Positions 1 through 10,303 are shown, counted from the stretch's first letter. The stretch is DNA of 64,000 nt from Phycisphaeraceae bacterium (GCA_963674705.1 OY771506.1:1504001-1568000); one strand, 5' to 3'. Notes: a model not told the origin generated them from the letters alone. Numbers and translations: made by a program.

Positions 1-792
1 GGGCCGACGCGGCTGATAGAACCCGAAGATGACCGACAGCAGCATCTCCGTGCCCAGCAGGATCATGATGGTTGGGATCACGATCGCCAGCGCCGGGAAA
101 AATTCAGCCGCGTTCAGTGCTTGCAGCGATGCGGTGATGATCAGAAGCAGCGTGCCGACAAAGTTACCCATCAGGTAGCTGGCGCCGCCGCGAAGCTGTT
201 GCCATTCGGTAACCTTGGTCATGCCCGCGACGTAGCGGGAGATCAGGAACGCGGGGAACCCGATGATGACGGCAATGATCGCCACCGCTCCGACGCTGTT
301 GCCGGTGAACCCGCCACCGGACATCATCATCTTGCCGATGTCCTGGAAGTACCCCCCCGCTTCGATGTCCTGTGCCGTGCGGAAAGCACCCAGGGCTTTG
401 TTCAGCATGACAAAGCCCATCGCCAGCAGGTAGATACTGACCAATAGGCTGACGATGCTGATGCCGTACTTATAAAGGCGGTCCAGCCGTTTCTGAGCGA
501 TGTGCAACTGTTGGCCGGCTTCATCGAAGAAGGCCGTTGTCTTGGCGTCCTGGGCAGCGAGCTGCTCGGTTTCCAGGGCCTCGACACGCTCCAGGCGGTG
601 CTGGTTGTAGACCAGCCAAAGGATGATCCAGATCGGCAGGCCGCCCAGGTAGTACCAGAACAGGGCGTTGATGCCTTCGGCCCCGGCGTACAACCCCGTC
701 AGCGCAGTCAGGATAGACAGCACCAACTGGGTGATCAGGCCCAGCAACACCGCGTTGCATGCTCTGCGGTAGGTTTCTTGATCGTGACTCAT
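1..792 (-). CDS. Multi-TM membrane protein, probably the N-terminal half of an SPFH/Band-7 (HflK-like) protein; runs off the window start
   Basis: Not in the ORF track; my translation from ATG 792 is open to position 1: MSHDQETYRRACNAVLLGLITQLVL...GGASYLMGN...EMLLSVIFGFYQPRRP, ~7 hydrophobic segments. The family call is from recall of PVC-superphylum HflK-like proteins beside P1B ATPases; the SPFH domain itself would lie outside the window. Confidence 0.6.
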   Translation of the reverse strand, partial: MSHDQETYRRACNAVLLGLITQLVLSILTALTGLYAGAEGINALFWYYLGGLPIWIILWLVYNQHRLERVEALETEQLAAQDAKTTAFFDEAGQQLHIAQKRLDRLYKYGISIVSLLVSIYLLAMGFVMLNKALGAFRTAQDIEAGGYFQDIGKMMMSGGGFTGNSVGAVAIIAVIIGFPAFLISRYVAGMTKVTEWQQLRGGASYLMGNFVGTLLLIITASLQALNAAEFFPALAIVIPTIMILLGTEMLLSVIFGFYQPRRP

Positions 793-958
793 CTCAAATC
801 CTCTAGTGGCGGGTCGGGTTGATCCGACGACCACACGTGGGTTAGCGTACAGTACTCACAGTATCATTTGTGCCGATATCAAACCCCCGAGGCCTAACGG
901 CCGTATGATAAGGACCGTTAGCCCGGCCCGTTTCAAACCCCCGGATACGACGACTGTT

Positions 959-2026
959 ATGTTTCAACAACTCGTGAACATCGCACACAACACGTTCACC
1001 GAATCGATCCGTCAGCCGATCTTCGTGGTCCTGGTCCTGCTCGGTTCGCTGGCGCTCGTCCTGAACCCGCAGCTTGCCGCCTACACCATGGAGGACGACA
1101 ACAAGCTGCTGATCGACATGGGCCTGAGCATGATCGCCTGCACGTGCCTGTTTCTGGCGGCGTTCACAGCCACGGGCGTGTTTTCCAATGAAATCGAAAA
1201 CAAGACCGTCCTGACCGTGATCAGTAAACCGGTCAGCCGCCCGCTTTTTGTCGTCGGTAAATATCTGGGGATCGCAACGGCGATCGCCGTGGCGTTCTTC
1301 CTGCTCAGCATCGTATTCGCGTTGACGATCCGGCATCGTGTGATGTCGACCGCCAGCGACCACTTCGATATACCCGTACTCGTGTTCGGGATCGGTGGCG
1401 CAGTGATCGCGATTATCTTCGCTACTTCCGCCAACTACCTCTATAACAAAGTTTTCAGTTCGACACTGACGGTCGCGCTGCTTCTGACGCAGACCATCGC
1501 GTTCTGCCTGGTGCTGGTGATCAATAAGAAGTGGGGTATCCAGTCGCCATTGACCGAGTTCACCTCGCATGACGGGGAACTGACGCAGGTCGTGATCGGG
1601 CTGGGGCTGGTCTTCCAGGCGATGCTGGTCCTGACCGGCATTGCCGTAGCAGCTTCCACCCGTCTGGGACAGGTGATGACGCTGCTGATCTGCATCGGCA
1701 TTTCTTTCTTGGGACTCGGCAGTAACTCCCTGAGTCAGTCGGTCAACGCCCAATTGTCCATACCGGTCGAAACCGGTTACTACCAGAGCCTGATGGCGAT
1801 CTTCCAGGCGGACTTGGCCTTCTACCAGAAGCTGGTGTACGCGTTCGCCAAGTTGCTCTACATGCTCGTGCCGAACCTTCAGTTCTTCTGGCCCGCCGAC
1901 GCCATCACGCAGGACACACCGATCACGCTTGGGCTGTTCGGCCTGGTCTCGGCCTACGCCGGGCTTCAGATCGTAGCCATCCTCTCCATCGCTGTGGCTC
2001 TGTTCCAGAACCGCGAGGTTGGTTAA
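959..2026 (+). CDS. ABC-2 type transporter permease
   Basis: ATG 959 (MFQQLVNIAHNTFTESIRQP); EIENKTVLTVISKPVSR..GKYLG motif; multiple TM helices; C-terminal FQNREVG. Confidence 0.85.
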   Translation: MFQQLVNIAHNTFTESIRQPIFVVLVLLGSLALVLNPQLAAYTMEDDNKLLIDMGLSMIACTCLFLAAFTATGVFSNEIENKTVLTVISKPVSRPLFVVGKYLGIATAIAVAFFLLSIVFALTIRHRVMSTASDHFDIPVLVFGIGGAVIAIIFATSANYLYNKVFSSTLTVALLLTQTIAFCLVLVINKKWGIQSPLTEFTSHDGELTQVVIGLGLVFQAMLVLTGIAVAASTRLGQVMTLLICIGISFLGLGSNSLSQSVNAQLSIPVETGYYQSLMAIFQADLAFYQKLVYAFAKLLYMLVPNLQFFWPADAITQDTPITLGLFGLVSAYAGLQIVAILSIAVALFQNREVG

Positions 2027-2159
2027 TTCACTCGACCTCTGTCGAGTCGTCGTGATGGATGGGCGGATCAATGACACGGCTGATACGGTTATGGGTTTCG
2101 TTTCGTAGAGGGTGAGTTTTCGGGGTTGATTCAAACATCTCGGCAGCGAGTGCATGAGC

Positions 2160-4172
2160 TTAGGCCATGGCAGGCGTTGCCTGCCCGGATTCTGTGTCCT
2201 GCTCCTGCTGAGGTTTGGCTTGCGAGGCTTGCAGGGCCTGGTGTTCCTGCTGCTCGATTTCCTCGCCGCTGCGGACCAGACGCGCCGAGTTAAACACCAC
2301 GATCAGCGAACTGACCACGTGCAGCAAGGCCGCGACCACCGGCGGAATGTGACCCGTGCCGGCGACGATGAGGAACAGCAGGATGAAGCCGCCGCCGATC
2401 GCCATATTCTGCTTGATCACCGCGCTGGTCTGACGCGAGAGCCGGACCAGGAACGGGATACGGTTCAGGTTGTTGTTCATCAGGGCGATGCTCGCCGAGT
2501 GGATCGCCACGTCACTGCCGGCAGCACCCATCGCGATCGAGATGTCGCCGGCCTTCAGCGCCGGAGCATCGTTCACGCCGTCGCCGATCACCGCAACACG
2601 GTGGCCCGCACTCTTCAAGCCATCCACCATCTCCAGCTTCTGGTGCGGCAGCACCTCGGCCTGGTATTCGGTGTGCATCTGGCCTGCTACTCGCTTGGCA
2701 ACCGATTCGCGGTCACCCGTGACAATGATCAAACGCTTCAGGCCCATCTCACGCAGGTCGTCCATCGCGCCTGCTGCCTGCGGACGGGTATTGTCCGCCA
2801 GACCTAACCAGCCCAGGAATTGGCCGTTACGTATCACGAACAGGGTCGAGAGCCCCTCGGCCTCCGGATCGTTGATGGCCTGCTCGATCTGACCTCGAAT
2901 CTGATCGTCATGTACTTCCTGCGTAATCCAGTTACCCCGGCCGACCAGGATGGTCTGGTTGTCGAACGATGCACGGACACCCTTGCCGGCCTCTTCGTGG
3001 AATTCGTTCGGATCACTGAGGTTCAGCCTCGCTTTACGGGCGACTTCAAACACGGCCCGCGCCACCGGGTGACGTGAACGCTGCTCAGCCGACGCAGCCG
3101 CCAGCAGCAGGTCCGCACCCTCGACGCCCTCGGCCGGGCTCAGACGCGTCACTTCCAACTGCCCCGTCGTCAGCGTGCCGGTCTTATCGAAGACCATCGC
3201 GGTCAGGTTACGTGCGCCTTCCAAATCAGTGACGGACTTGACCAGCACGCCTAATCGAGCGGCAGCGGAGATCGCCGCGACCATCGCGGTCGGCGTGGCA
3301 AGGATCAGCGGGCAAGGACAGGCAATCACCAGCATGGAGATCGCCGCGACCGCAGCCGCTTCCGGATTGGTCTGCGAGGTGTAGAACCAGACGATGAACA
3401 CGATCATCACGACGGTTGGCGTGTACCAGCCGGCATAACGGTCGATCATTCGCATCAAGGGAATCTTGGTCCGCTCGGCCTCGATGATCATGTCTTTGAC
3501 CCGGCCCAGCGTTGTGTCTTCGCCGGCCTTGGTGACCTTGATATCCATCGCACCGGTCAGGTTGATCGTGCCGCCGAAGACCTCATCGCCTTCGATCTTG
3601 TCAGCAGGGAGCGATTCACCGGTGATGTTCGCCTGGTTGACGGTGGAATGGCCCGATTCGACAAGGCCGTCAGCGGGGATGTTGTCGCCCGGCCGGACGC
3701 GGACGATATCGCCGGGGATCAGGTCCTTGGCTTCGACCTCGGTCTCCTGGCCGTTTTCCAGCTTGTGGGCTTTGGTTGGGGTGATGCGGACGAGGGCCTC
3801 GATATCACGCTCAGCACCCAGGGCTGTGCGGTTTTCGATCAGCACTGAAATGATCATGAAGAACGCAATGAAGCCGGCTTCGATGTACCAGCCCTTGGCG
3901 AACGCGGCGAGCACCGCCAGTGCCACCAACTCGTTCATGTGCATGTGTCCCTGCCAAAGGTCCTTCAAGGCCACCCAGACAAGCGGGGTGCCCAGCAGGA
4001 CCGTAGCGATACCGGCAAGCAGGTCCGAGGGGTCGTTGACATCAAAGGTAAGTTTGGCGATCAGCGCGCACATCAGCAACGTGCCGCCAAGCAGCGTCGC
4101 GATGATCTCCAGGCTTACCCGCCCGGTTTTGGATTTCAGGGCAAGGTCTTCTGCCAGATAGTCGTGGGCCAT
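2160..4172 (-). CDS. Heavy-metal translocating P1B-type ATPase (CadA/ZntA-like) without an N-terminal metal-binding domain
   Basis: TGES, intramembrane CPC, DKTGTLT phosphorylation site, HP, TGD and GDGVNDAP motifs. Confidence 0.92.
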   Translation of the reverse strand: MAHDYLAEDLALKSKTGRVSLEIIATLLGGTLLMCALIAKLTFDVNDPSDLLAGIATVLLGTPLVWVALKDLWQGHMHMNELVALAVLAAFAKGWYIEAGFIAFFMIISVLIENRTALGAERDIEALVRITPTKAHKLENGQETEVEAKDLIPGDIVRVRPGDNIPADGLVESGHSTVNQANITGESLPADKIEGDEVFGGTINLTGAMDIKVTKAGEDTTLGRVKDMIIEAERTKIPLMRMIDRYAGWYTPTVVMIVFIVWFYTSQTNPEAAAVAAISMLVIACPCPLILATPTAMVAAISAAARLGVLVKSVTDLEGARNLTAMVFDKTGTLTTGQLEVTRLSPAEGVEGADLLLAAASAEQRSRHPVARAVFEVARKARLNLSDPNEFHEEAGKGVRASFDNQTILVGRGNWITQEVHDDQIRGQIEQAINDPEAEGLSTLFVIRNGQFLGWLGLADNTRPQAAGAMDDLREMGLKRLIIVTGDRESVAKRVAGQMHTEYQAEVLPHQKLEMVDGLKSAGHRVAVIGDGVNDAPALKAGDISIAMGAAGSDVAIHSASIALMNNNLNRIPFLVRLSRQTSAVIKQNMAIGGGFILLFLIVAGTGHIPPVVAALLHVVSSLIVVFNSARLVRSGEEIEQQEHQALQASQAKPQQEQDTESGQATPAMA

Positions 4173-4539
4173 GGGTCGGTTGTTCCTTGGAAGTCCGATA
4201 ACCCAAGTTCGTTTAAAACAGGCGAACAGCGGGTGTTAAACAATACGTCGGGTATGCTAGAAAGTTCGCGCCAAACGTTCCAATCCTCAAATCCAGACCG
4301 ATGCAACGCGACTCATTCTCGGGACAACAGATAATTACATAACTCTAGGTAGATCAAGAGACAAAAGCGTTCAGGCCGGGAATCAGCCTATTACTTTCAG
4401 GTGATTGATATTAAAAATGATTGAAGAAATACCACGGCGGTCAGATCCTGCCACTCTCCTGCTCTCCTGTTCTACCTTCGCCTGCTCTGAACGGCCCGTC
4501 CCTTCGCTGCGCTCAGGACCGGCGTTGGGGGGAAGGAAA

Positions 4540-4569
4540 GCCATTAGCCTTTAGCGATTAGCCATTAGC
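4540..4569. repeat. Four tandem heptamers GC(C/G)(A/T)TTA
   Basis: gccatta gccttta gcgatta gccatta gc. Confidence 0.7.
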
Positions 4570-4597
4570 ATCGCTACACCCCACCCACCCCGCGCGT

Positions 4598-4647
4598 AAA
4601 AATCCCGCAGCCAGATCCGCTATAGATATGCCGGTCTGACTGCGGGA
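4598..4647 (-). terminator. Rho-independent terminator
   Basis: Minus strand tcccgcagtcagaccg...cggatctggctgcggga followed by TTTT(T); ~15-bp stem. Confidence 0.75.
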
Positions 4648-5120
4648 CCACTTGGAGGACTGTTGTGGAATGCGTCGGCTTCTGGTTTTTCAGGTGACGC
4701 TTCCCTCGGAATGGGGTGGGGCTTACATCTTACCCTATTATTGTCGCAGTGGTTGGCGTTTCTGCCGTTTCCCACAAGTTTTTAACTTGTTTCTGCTTGT
4801 TTCTTAATCTCAACCATCCACGTTGCACCGTTTTTTGGCTGATGTACGGGGTGGTTTGTCTGGTTCCTTGTCGCTTGCGTCGACTTCTTCTTCGGCAAGC
4901 CATATATCCGAGTGCGGTGCTCAGCGTTACGCCATACTTCGCATTCGATCTGGCGTCTGCCTTGCCTTCTTCACCGAACCTGTACTGAGCCACGTATGCC
5001 CGCATCACATCACTCGCGGTCTACTAGGCCCTACTACGCCAGGCCACGGTTCCGGTGTTCGCGCTGACACGCCGAGAAACGCAGTTTCCTGGCCCGCCCG
5101 TCGGAGTACGCCTCTGACGC
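4598..5120 (-). ncRNA. Candidate sigma-54-dependent structured ncRNA (~520 nt)
   Basis: Bounded by a consensus -24/-12 promoter and a strong terminator; about 9 hairpins with A-rich linkers; no credible ORF. Confidence 0.55.
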
Positions 5121-5130
5121 CCTTCTTATA

Positions 5131-5147
5131 TGCAAGCGCTGTGCCAA
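5131..5147 (-). promoter_or_regulatory. Sigma-54 (RpoN) -24/-12 promoter
   Basis: Minus strand TTGGCACAGCGCTTGCA = TGGCAC-N5-TTGC; predicted +1 near 5120. Confidence 0.8.
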
Positions 5148-5407
5148 TATCCAAAACAGCCCTCTGGACCAAATATCCCGTATCCAACCGCTTCTCCATG
5201 CTTATGTAATAATCAGTGGCCACTTGCTCGCGCATTTAATAGGCGGATTGGCTAACTGCGTTAAGATCTCATGAGTTAGGATTGGGCAAGACAGGCAAAA
5301 TACGAACCCACTTCGCGGTAGCATGGTAAGAGAACAACACGCGCGATGACTCATTCACATTCATACGTTTAACAAACCTGTAGCGACCCTTCATGGAGAC
5401 TACTGTC

Positions 5408-6079
5408 ATGTCACTGACCATTACCTACCTCGGCCATTCCGGCTTCCTCTTCGATGATGGCAAACACAAACTCGTCGTCGATCCGTTCCTGACAGGCAAT
5501 CCCCTCGCTGTACACAAACCAAACGACATCGCCTGCGATTACCTCGCACTCACGCACGGCCACGCCGACCACTTTGGCGACACGCTCCCCATCGCCAAGC
5601 AAAACAACGCCACCATCATCGCCGCCTTCGAAATCTGTGAGTACTGCGCCGAGCAAGGCATCCAGAAGTGCGACCCCGGCAACCCAGGCGGCCGTGTCTA
5701 CACCGACTTCGGCTACGTCGCCTTCACCCCCGCGTTCCACTCCTCCTCTTATAAGGGGCGATACATGGGCCAACCCTGCGGCCTGGTGATCTCCATGGGC
5801 GGCCACAAGGTCTACCACGCCGGCGACACCGCACTCTTCAGCGACATGAAACTCATCGGCGAAATAGGCCAACCCGACATCGCCATGATCCCCGTCGGCG
5901 ACCGCTTCACCATGGGCCCCAAACTCGCCACCTACGCCGCCGAATGGGTCAAAGCCAAAACCGTTATCCCCGTCCACTACAAAACCTTCCCCCTGCTCAC
6001 CGACGACATCAGCGAATTCAAACCCAAGGGTGTCGAAGTTAAAGAAATGCAACCGGGCGAGACGTGGGTATTTGATTGA
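5408..6079 (+). CDS. Metal-dependent hydrolase, metallo-beta-lactamase fold (UPF0173-like)
   Basis: LGHSGF, DPFL, THGHADH, HSS, HAGDT, PVHY; RBS ggag before ATG 5408. Confidence 0.92.
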   Translation: MSLTITYLGHSGFLFDDGKHKLVVDPFLTGNPLAVHKPNDIACDYLALTHGHADHFGDTLPIAKQNNATIIAAFEICEYCAEQGIQKCDPGNPGGRVYTDFGYVAFTPAFHSSSYKGRYMGQPCGLVISMGGHKVYHAGDTALFSDMKLIGEIGQPDIAMIPVGDRFTMGPKLATYAAEWVKAKTVIPVHYKTFPLLTDDISEFKPKGVEVKEMQPGETWVFD

Positions 6080-6146
6080 TTATTCAAACAACACTCATTA
6101 CACAGCCGCCGTGTCACACGCAGCGGACCTTGACTGGAGGACATCT

Positions 6147-6596
6147 TTGAAGAAGAGCCACTTTCTGCTCTTGTTTTTTCTGGGTCTGCTACTTACCGGA
6201 TGCGGGCATAGAGGCCCCACTTCGGGCAACACACCACAGGAGATGTTTGAATACACGATCCAGAAGCCGATCCCAGCCAGCGTTACCAATCTGCAAGGGG
6301 TCGGTGATACATGGCAGGGCTACAACCTCTACATCCGCTTTCAGGCTTCAGATGCAGATATCGATGCGCTGATTGCTCTGGGCTTTGAGCCAGATACATG
6401 GCAATCAATATCGAATCGCTTTGACATTCCAAATGGATATGACAGTTTCAAACCTGGTTGGAGCCCGGCATCCATAGCAATAAAGGAATGCTATTCTTTC
6501 GATGACGTTAGCAATAGTTGGACAGGTTCTGGTTCGCACTATCTCGTGATCGATCGGAGTACAGGCACCGTGTACTTTTATGGGATCGGTATCTAG
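6147..6596 (+). CDS. Hypothetical lipoprotein
   Basis: GGAGG RBS then TTG 6147; MKKSHFLLLFFLGLLLTG-C lipobox. Confidence 0.75.
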   Translation: MKKSHFLLLFFLGLLLTGCGHRGPTSGNTPQEMFEYTIQKPIPASVTNLQGVGDTWQGYNLYIRFQASDADIDALIALGFEPDTWQSISNRFDIPNGYDSFKPGWSPASIAIKECYSFDDVSNSWTGSGSHYLVIDRSTGTVYFYGIGI

Positions 6597-6918
6597 CGGT
6601 GCATCTGCACATTCGATGCCGGAGGGCTTCACTTTTCACTCCGCGCCAAGCACATCACTCGGCTTATCAAGAATCTGCGTCATCTGCGGATAGCTTCTTC
6701 TCTGCGACCTCCGCGCCCTCTGCGGTGAACTCCCACCGTACAACTTCACATGTAACAGTCTCTTGTTGGAGTCATGTTCATCAATACATACCTTTAGCAC
6801 CGATTGACCCCTCCCCCCTCACCCGCTAGGGTGTCGCCCTTCCATCGTCCTTATATGAAGCTGGCTTGGCTTCTAGCGGCGGACTACCTACTCACCACAG
6901 ATTCCCTGGATCACCACG

Positions 6919-8793
6919 ATGAATTCCACCGCGGCCCGTGTGGCCCAAGTTGTATCGGAACGCAAACCCTGGGTCGCGATCAAACCGATGGTCCCCGCAT
7001 CACCCAAAGCGGACATCCTCTCCGGACTCACCGTCGCGCTCGCGCTGGTGCCGGAAGCGGTGGCGTTTGCGTTTGTGGCAGGTGTCGACCCGATGATCGG
7101 GCTGTGGTCGGCGTGCATCATCGGCTTAGTCACCGCGATCCTTGGCGGCAGGCCCGGGATGATCAGCGGCGCGACCGGGGCGATGGCTGTCGTCGCTGTC
7201 GGCTTAGTTGCGATGCACGGCGTGGCGTACCTGTTCCCCGCGGTCATCCTCTGCGGCATCCTCCAGATCACCGTGGGCCTGCTGCGCTTGGGCAAACTCA
7301 TCCGAATGGTGCCCCACTCCGTCATGCTCGGGTTCGTCAACGGCCTTGCCATCGTCATCGGCCTGGCGCAACTCGGCAGTTTCAAAACGCTCAGTAGCGA
7401 TGGGATGATGCATTACCTGAGCGGCTCGCGCCTTTGGGTCATGCTCTTTCTCGTGCTATTAACGATGGCGATCATCTTTGTCCTGCCCAAGTTCACCAAG
7501 GCGGTGCCTTCGACACTGGTCGCGATCATCACGGTTTCTTTGATCGGGATCGGCCTGAACAGTTCACTCGCCGACCGGCAGACGGGCGAGAAGCCGGTGC
7601 TTACGGTCAAGGACATGCTCGTTGATGGCAGCCGGCACGCCGCAGTTACGCAGGCGGCGCGGCAGCAAGCCACCGAACGATCTGCCGCCGCGGTGAACCT
7701 GATAATGGATGCCGGCTTGGAAGGCCCGGGTGTCAACGTCGCGAGCGCATCGACACTCACCGGCGCCGCGTTGGGTAACGCGATCAAGCAGATGCCCGAA
7801 GCGCAAGTCGCCGGTGCGATTAATAGTGTCGATCCTGACAAGGTTGAACTCAAAGGCGACCTGCCCCTGCCCTACTTCTGGGAGAAGTCGTACAAAGACC
7901 TGCAAACCGCCGGCCTCGCGCCGCAGCTTAACCTGCAAACGCTGTGGATCATCTTCCCGTTCGCCCTCGTTATGTGCGGCGTGGGGCTGATCGAATCATT
8001 GATGACGTTAAGTCTGATCGATGAAGTGACCGAAACGCGCGGCCGAGGCAATCGCGAATGCGTTGGGCAAGGCACAGCCAATATCCTCTGCGGCATGTTC
8101 GGCGGGATGGGCGGTTGCGCGATGATCGGCCAATCGCTGATTAATGTGAAGTCCGGCGGCAAGGGCCGGCTCTCGGGGATCACCGCGGCGCTTTGTTTGC
8201 TCGCGTTTATCCTCGTGCTCGGGCCTTGGATCGAGATGATCCCAATGGCGGCGCTGGTCGGCGTCATGTTCATGGTCGTCATCGGCACGTTCGAGTGGAC
8301 CACGCTCAATACCTGGCACAAAGTCCCGTTGTCTGATGTGTTCGTGATGATCTTTGTCGCCGGTTACACCGTCATCATGCACGACCTGGCGAGCGCGGTG
8401 ATCCTAGGCGTCGTCATTGCCGCGCTGGTGTTCGCCTGGACCAAATCCACTCACCTCTTTGCCGACACCAAGTACAACGAGTTCGGCAGCCGGATCTATC
8501 AACTGCACGGCCCGCTGTTCTTCGCGTCCGTCGAATCCTTCAAGAAACTGTTCGACCCGGCCAACGATCCGGATGATGTGGTCATCGACTTCTATTACAC
8601 CCGCGTGTACGACCAGTCGGGCCTGGAAGCGATCAACTTCATCGCTGAACGATACCTCGCGCAGGGTAAACGCCTGCACCTGACGCACCTCAGCGAGGAA
8701 TGCCAGCAACTGCTGGGTAAGGCGGGCAGCCTGGTTGAGGCGAATATTTCAGACGACCCGCACTACCACGTCGCGACCGACCGTTTGGATTAA
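6919..8793 (+). CDS. SulP family inorganic anion transporter with C-terminal STAS domain
   Basis: [49 protein letters not shown] (STAS); start may be ATG 6988. Confidence 0.93.
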   Translation: MNSTAARVAQVVSERKPWVAIKPMVPASPKADILSGLTVALALVPEAVAFAFVAGVDPMIGLWSACIIGLVTAILGGRPGMISGATGAMAVVAVGLVAMHGVAYLFPAVILCGILQITVGLLRLGKLIRMVPHSVMLGFVNGLAIVIGLAQLGSFKTLSSDGMMHYLSGSRLWVMLFLVLLTMAIIFVLPKFTKAVPSTLVAIITVSLIGIGLNSSLADRQTGEKPVLTVKDMLVDGSRHAAVTQAARQQATERSAAAVNLIMDAGLEGPGVNVASASTLTGAALGNAIKQMPEAQVAGAINSVDPDKVELKGDLPLPYFWEKSYKDLQTAGLAPQLNLQTLWIIFPFALVMCGVGLIESLMTLSLIDEVTETRGRGNRECVGQGTANILCGMFGGMGGCAMIGQSLINVKSGGKGRLSGITAALCLLAFILVLGPWIEMIPMAALVGVMFMVVIGTFEWTTLNTWHKVPLSDVFVMIFVAGYTVIMHDLASAVILGVVIAALVFAWTKSTHLFADTKYNEFGSRIYQLHGPLFFASVESFKKLFDPANDPDDVVIDFYYTRVYDQSGLEAINFIAERYLAQGKRLHLTHLSEECQQLLGKAGSLVEANISDDPHYHVATDRLD

Positions 8794-8914
8794 CGTTGTG
8801 CTAATACAGTGATTTAAACCGGCGCGCGGTGGTTCGGCTTACGGTTTCTAGAAATGCATCTGTGGCCGATCTACAATCAGGCGTCTGATTCGAGATAGCA
8901 ATGCAGGAGTTGAT

Positions 8915-9358
8915 ATGAAGCGCGTGCGTATGCCCATACGAGTCGTTTGTCTTTGCTTGTTGTTGAACTTTACTGCCGGCTGCGGCGTGGAGCTAGCCAT
9001 GTTGGGGATGGCGACTTCGGCGGCATCGACCGGGGCGGCGGTTTATAAACGTGGCAAACTCGACGCGTCATGGATGGCCTCATTCGAGCTGGTTGCGGCG
9101 GCCGGCGAAGAGGCGTTCGAGGAATTGGGGATGCAGATCACCAAGTCAAAGGGCGATCAAGAGGAAGGCGAGTGGCAGATCGTCGCCGTCGACGACGAGG
9201 GACGGAAGATCAAACTGTATGTTGAACGCCGGACACCGCACCTTACCGAGTTTCAGATCGATGTCAGTATTTTCGGAAAAGAAGCAACCGCCCGCCTGAT
9301 ACTTAAGCGCATGGCGAACGTGATCGACCTTGGTGCCACACGCGACGGCACCAATTGA
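8915..9358 (+). CDS. DUF3568-like lipoprotein
   Basis: Lipobox FTAG-C, Gly/Ala-rich stretch, YKRGKL, ..QIDVSIFGKE; RBS aggag. Confidence 0.7.
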   Translation: MKRVRMPIRVVCLCLLLNFTAGCGVELAMLGMATSAASTGAAVYKRGKLDASWMASFELVAAAGEEAFEELGMQITKSKGDQEEGEWQIVAVDDEGRKIKLYVERRTPHLTEFQIDVSIFGKEATARLILKRMANVIDLGATRDGTN

Positions 9359-9493
9359 ATGGTCTCGATCTCATTGTTTTCAAAGCATCCAGATTACGGA
9401 AGCTCACAGATTGCATCTGTGCACCACCCAGCCATGCAATGGCTGGGCTTTAATGCAATCTATATACATTGTGACCCATTACTGAGACGGTGC

Positions 9494-10303
9494 CTATCGG
9501 TACACAACACTCGCAGCGCTCTTCGGCTTAACATCATGCAATGCCGAAGCGACGTGTGTGAAGTACTCGCCTAGCCCGACCACATCGGCGCCCAGACTCA
9601 GGAATTGATAGCCCAGCTCTACCAGACGCGCGCCGGTTGTGGGCGTTCCTACGGTACCCGCAAACTTGCCGTGCTTGGCCGCCGCCTCAGCAACACGTAT
9701 GCGTGCATCCTCGATCCGTGGATCGTCGAACTTCCCGGGTCGGCCGATGCTTTGGCTGAAGTCGCCCGGGCCGAAGAAAATCATGTCGATGCCTTCAACC
9801 GATGCGATCTGGTCGAGCTCATCCAGCGCTTCGACATCTTCGATCTGTACGATGATGAGTTTTTGTGAATTGGCGTGCTGCATGTATTCGTTGATGTCAA
9901 CCTGGCCGAACGCGCCGTCAGCGTTGCCGCCGTCGAGTGGACGTTGTCCGAGCGGGTGGAAGCGTGTTGTTTTCACGACCTCCTGCGCATCCTTCGCCGA
10001 CATCACGTGCGGGACCATGATCCCCGCAGCATCCATCTCCAGCGGGCGGATCATGTCGGAGTAGCCGCCGCGCATCACACGCACGATCGCGTCGGTGCCG
10101 TGTGCATAAGCAGCGCGTACACAGTTCTCAACATCACGGATCGAGTTCGGCACATGCTCGGTGTCGATCCACACACAATCGATGCCACAGATCGCAGCAA
10201 TCTGCGCAACGCGCGGATCGGCCAGATTCATCTTGATGCAACTGGCTGTGCTGCCGTTTCGAAGTTTGTCCAGAACACGGTTGGGACGTAACAGGTCGGC
10301 CAT
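9494..10303 (-). CDS. HpcH/HpaI family class II pyruvate aldolase
   Basis: WIDTEH, IVRV, GIMVPHV, RFHPLGQR, VQIED, FFGPGDFS. Confidence 0.9.
   Translation of the reverse strand: MADLLRPNRVLDKLRNGSTASCIKMNLADPRVAQIAAICGIDCVWIDTEHVPNSIRDVENCVRAAYAHGTDAIVRVMRGGYSDMIRPLEMDAAGIMVPHVMSAKDAQEVVKTTRFHPLGQRPLDGGNADGAFGQVDINEYMQHANSQKLIIVQIEDVEALDELDQIASVEGIDMIFFGPGDFSQSIGRPGKFDDPRIEDARIRVAEAAAKHGKFAGTVGTPTTGARLVELGYQFLSLGADVVGLGEYFTHVASALHDVKPKSAASVVYR

Noticed and set aside
842..2155. Long antisense ORFs (e.g. 842-2155, 30156-31067, 41154-42035, 61264-62046)
   Set aside because: Shadow frames of well-supported genes in GC-rich DNA, with no motifs.
4730..5008. 92-aa Arg-rich ORF inside the sigma-54 transcript
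   Set aside because: GTG start without clear RBS, no domain, and the sequence is better explained by RNA hairpins; a small peptide cannot be fully excluded.
6670..6730. atctgcgtcatctgcgg / ctctgcgacctccgcgccctctgcggtgaa short repeats
   Set aside because: Low-copy degenerate intergenic repeats with no associated gene here; too weak to call an element.
6800..6918. ykkC/guanidine-type riboswitch before SulP (ctagggt)
   Set aside because: Lacks the conserved downstream core and the 3' stem.
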